A stretch of DNA of 64,000 bases. It comes from Chloropicon primus (Eukaryota). The notes beneath the pieces are model-generated. The model did no database searches. It saw only the letters and a program-made list of their open reading frames with translations, and had not been told where the DNA came from. How positions within the stretch are numbered: position 1 is the first letter of the stretch; the number at the start of each line of letters is the position of its first letter. The stretch lies in the NCBI GenBank assembly GCA_023205875.1, contig CP060772.1:186001-250000 (forward strand), written 5' to 3'. A program made the translations under genes and the position numbers. Below, in pieces: positions 63,160 through 64,000 of this stretch.

Positions 63160-64000
63160 TTAGCTCTTTAAGCCTCCTTGAGTTGGCTTGACGCCATTCG
63201 GTTTGCTCCCAGTCTTGCCGTCCCCGTTCATCCCCAGCCCTCCCAGCCCTTCCAGAGCCTTGGCCTGCATCTGCATAATCTTCTCCTGCGTCTGCGGCTT
63301 TTGCGACACGTTCGCTTTGAAGCCATTCTGGGCGCTCGCGTGCCTTGGGCTCATGACTCCGCACCGGAGCTTGGTCTCCTCCAGCCTGTGCTTCACCTTC
63401 TGGAGGGCATCCTCGTGTCTCCGCTTCATCTTGATCTCTTCCTCCTTCTGCTGCCTGCACAGCTCCTCGATCTCGTGCTCGATGACCGTGATCTCCGCCG
63501 AGGGGTCGTGGTGGACGCCCTCGGGGCTTCCCGCCTTTGGCGGGTCCACCGCGTCGTCATTCGTGAGCTTCTTGACCTCCTCCTGGATCGCCGCCTCGAT
63601 CACGTCCTGGTCTTCTGGGGTCCAGCTGAACTCCTGGACCATCTCCGCGGCCACGCTCGCCGCCGAGTCCGATGTGCAGTCAAACAGGAACGAGACCGTG
63701 TTGCAGACTCCCCCCTCTGCTTTGATCTTCAGCTTCATGTAAAGCACGTTCTCGTTCTCCTCGCTGACCTTGCCCCTCACTCGAAACTCCGGGGCCAAGG
63801 AAGCCATGGACGGGCCCACATCCCCGTTCAGCCCCTCCGCTTCCCGCACGCTGTTGGTGAAGCTCCCGTTGCTCAGCGAGTGCGGCAGCCCCCTCGCACT
63901 CGCGTCGTCCTTGGTGGAGCCTCTGCTGCTGGACTTGGCCTCGGAGTCCGAGTTGTCGGGGGAGAGGCTCTCGTCCCCCCGCCTGCTTCCGTCCGCGCCG
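63160..64000 (-). CDS. C-terminal part of a WNK-like kinase (runs out of the window)
   Basis: Frame open to window edge; 'VSFLFDCTSDSAASVAAEMVQEF' matches the plant WNK C-terminal domain; kinase domain not in window. Confidence 0.7.
   Translation of the reverse strand, partial: GADGSRRGDESLSPDNSDSEAKSSSRGSTKDDASARGLPHSLSNGSFTNSVREAEGLNGDVGPSMASLAPEFRVRGKVSEENENVLYMKLKIKAEGGVCNTVSFLFDCTSDSAASVAAEMVQEFSWTPEDQDVIEAAIQEEVKKLTNDDAVDPPKAGSPEGVHHDPSAEITVIEHEIEELCRQQKEEEIKMKRRHEDALQKVKHRLEETKLRCGVMSPRHASAQNGFKANVSQKPQTQEKIMQMQAKALEGLGGLGMNGDGKTGSKPNGVKPTQGGLKS

Noticed and set aside
1..64000. tRNA, rRNA, transposase or reverse-transcriptase genes
   Set aside because: None recognised by eye; absence not proven without tRNAscan, Rfam or HMM scans

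Overview
Gene-dense eukaryotic nuclear DNA, about 22 protein-coding loci in 64 kb, with short GT-AG introns, GC-rich codons and microsatellite-laden intergenic DNA. Plant-type PEX22, TWD40-2, two-domain cytidine deaminase, WNK, a plastid-type MutS2 and flagellar genes suggest a compact green alga (prasinophyte/Chloropicon-like; inference). Most genes sit in head-to-head pairs. Recognisable genes: UTP15, UTP21, MutS2, an SLT-LysM protein, a Ser/Thr kinase, PEX22, LPAAT, CDA, MPC, kinesin-9, MnSOD, bL17, CHMP1, an intronless inner-arm dynein heavy chain and a partial WNK kinase. Most notable: (1) a PIMT/PCMTD-like domain fused to BTB-BACK, a candidate Cul3 adaptor for isoaspartate-damaged proteins; (2) five local duplications upstream of genes with a 181-185 bp (nucleosome-sized) period, tied to a sense-oriented motif family; (3) a 228-bp-arm inverted repeat between divergent genes; (4) a spliced lytic transglycosylase-LysM gene not visible as one ORF; (5) a MYND-CS protein head-to-head with the dynein. 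All family calls come from motif recognition by eye; no searches were run.
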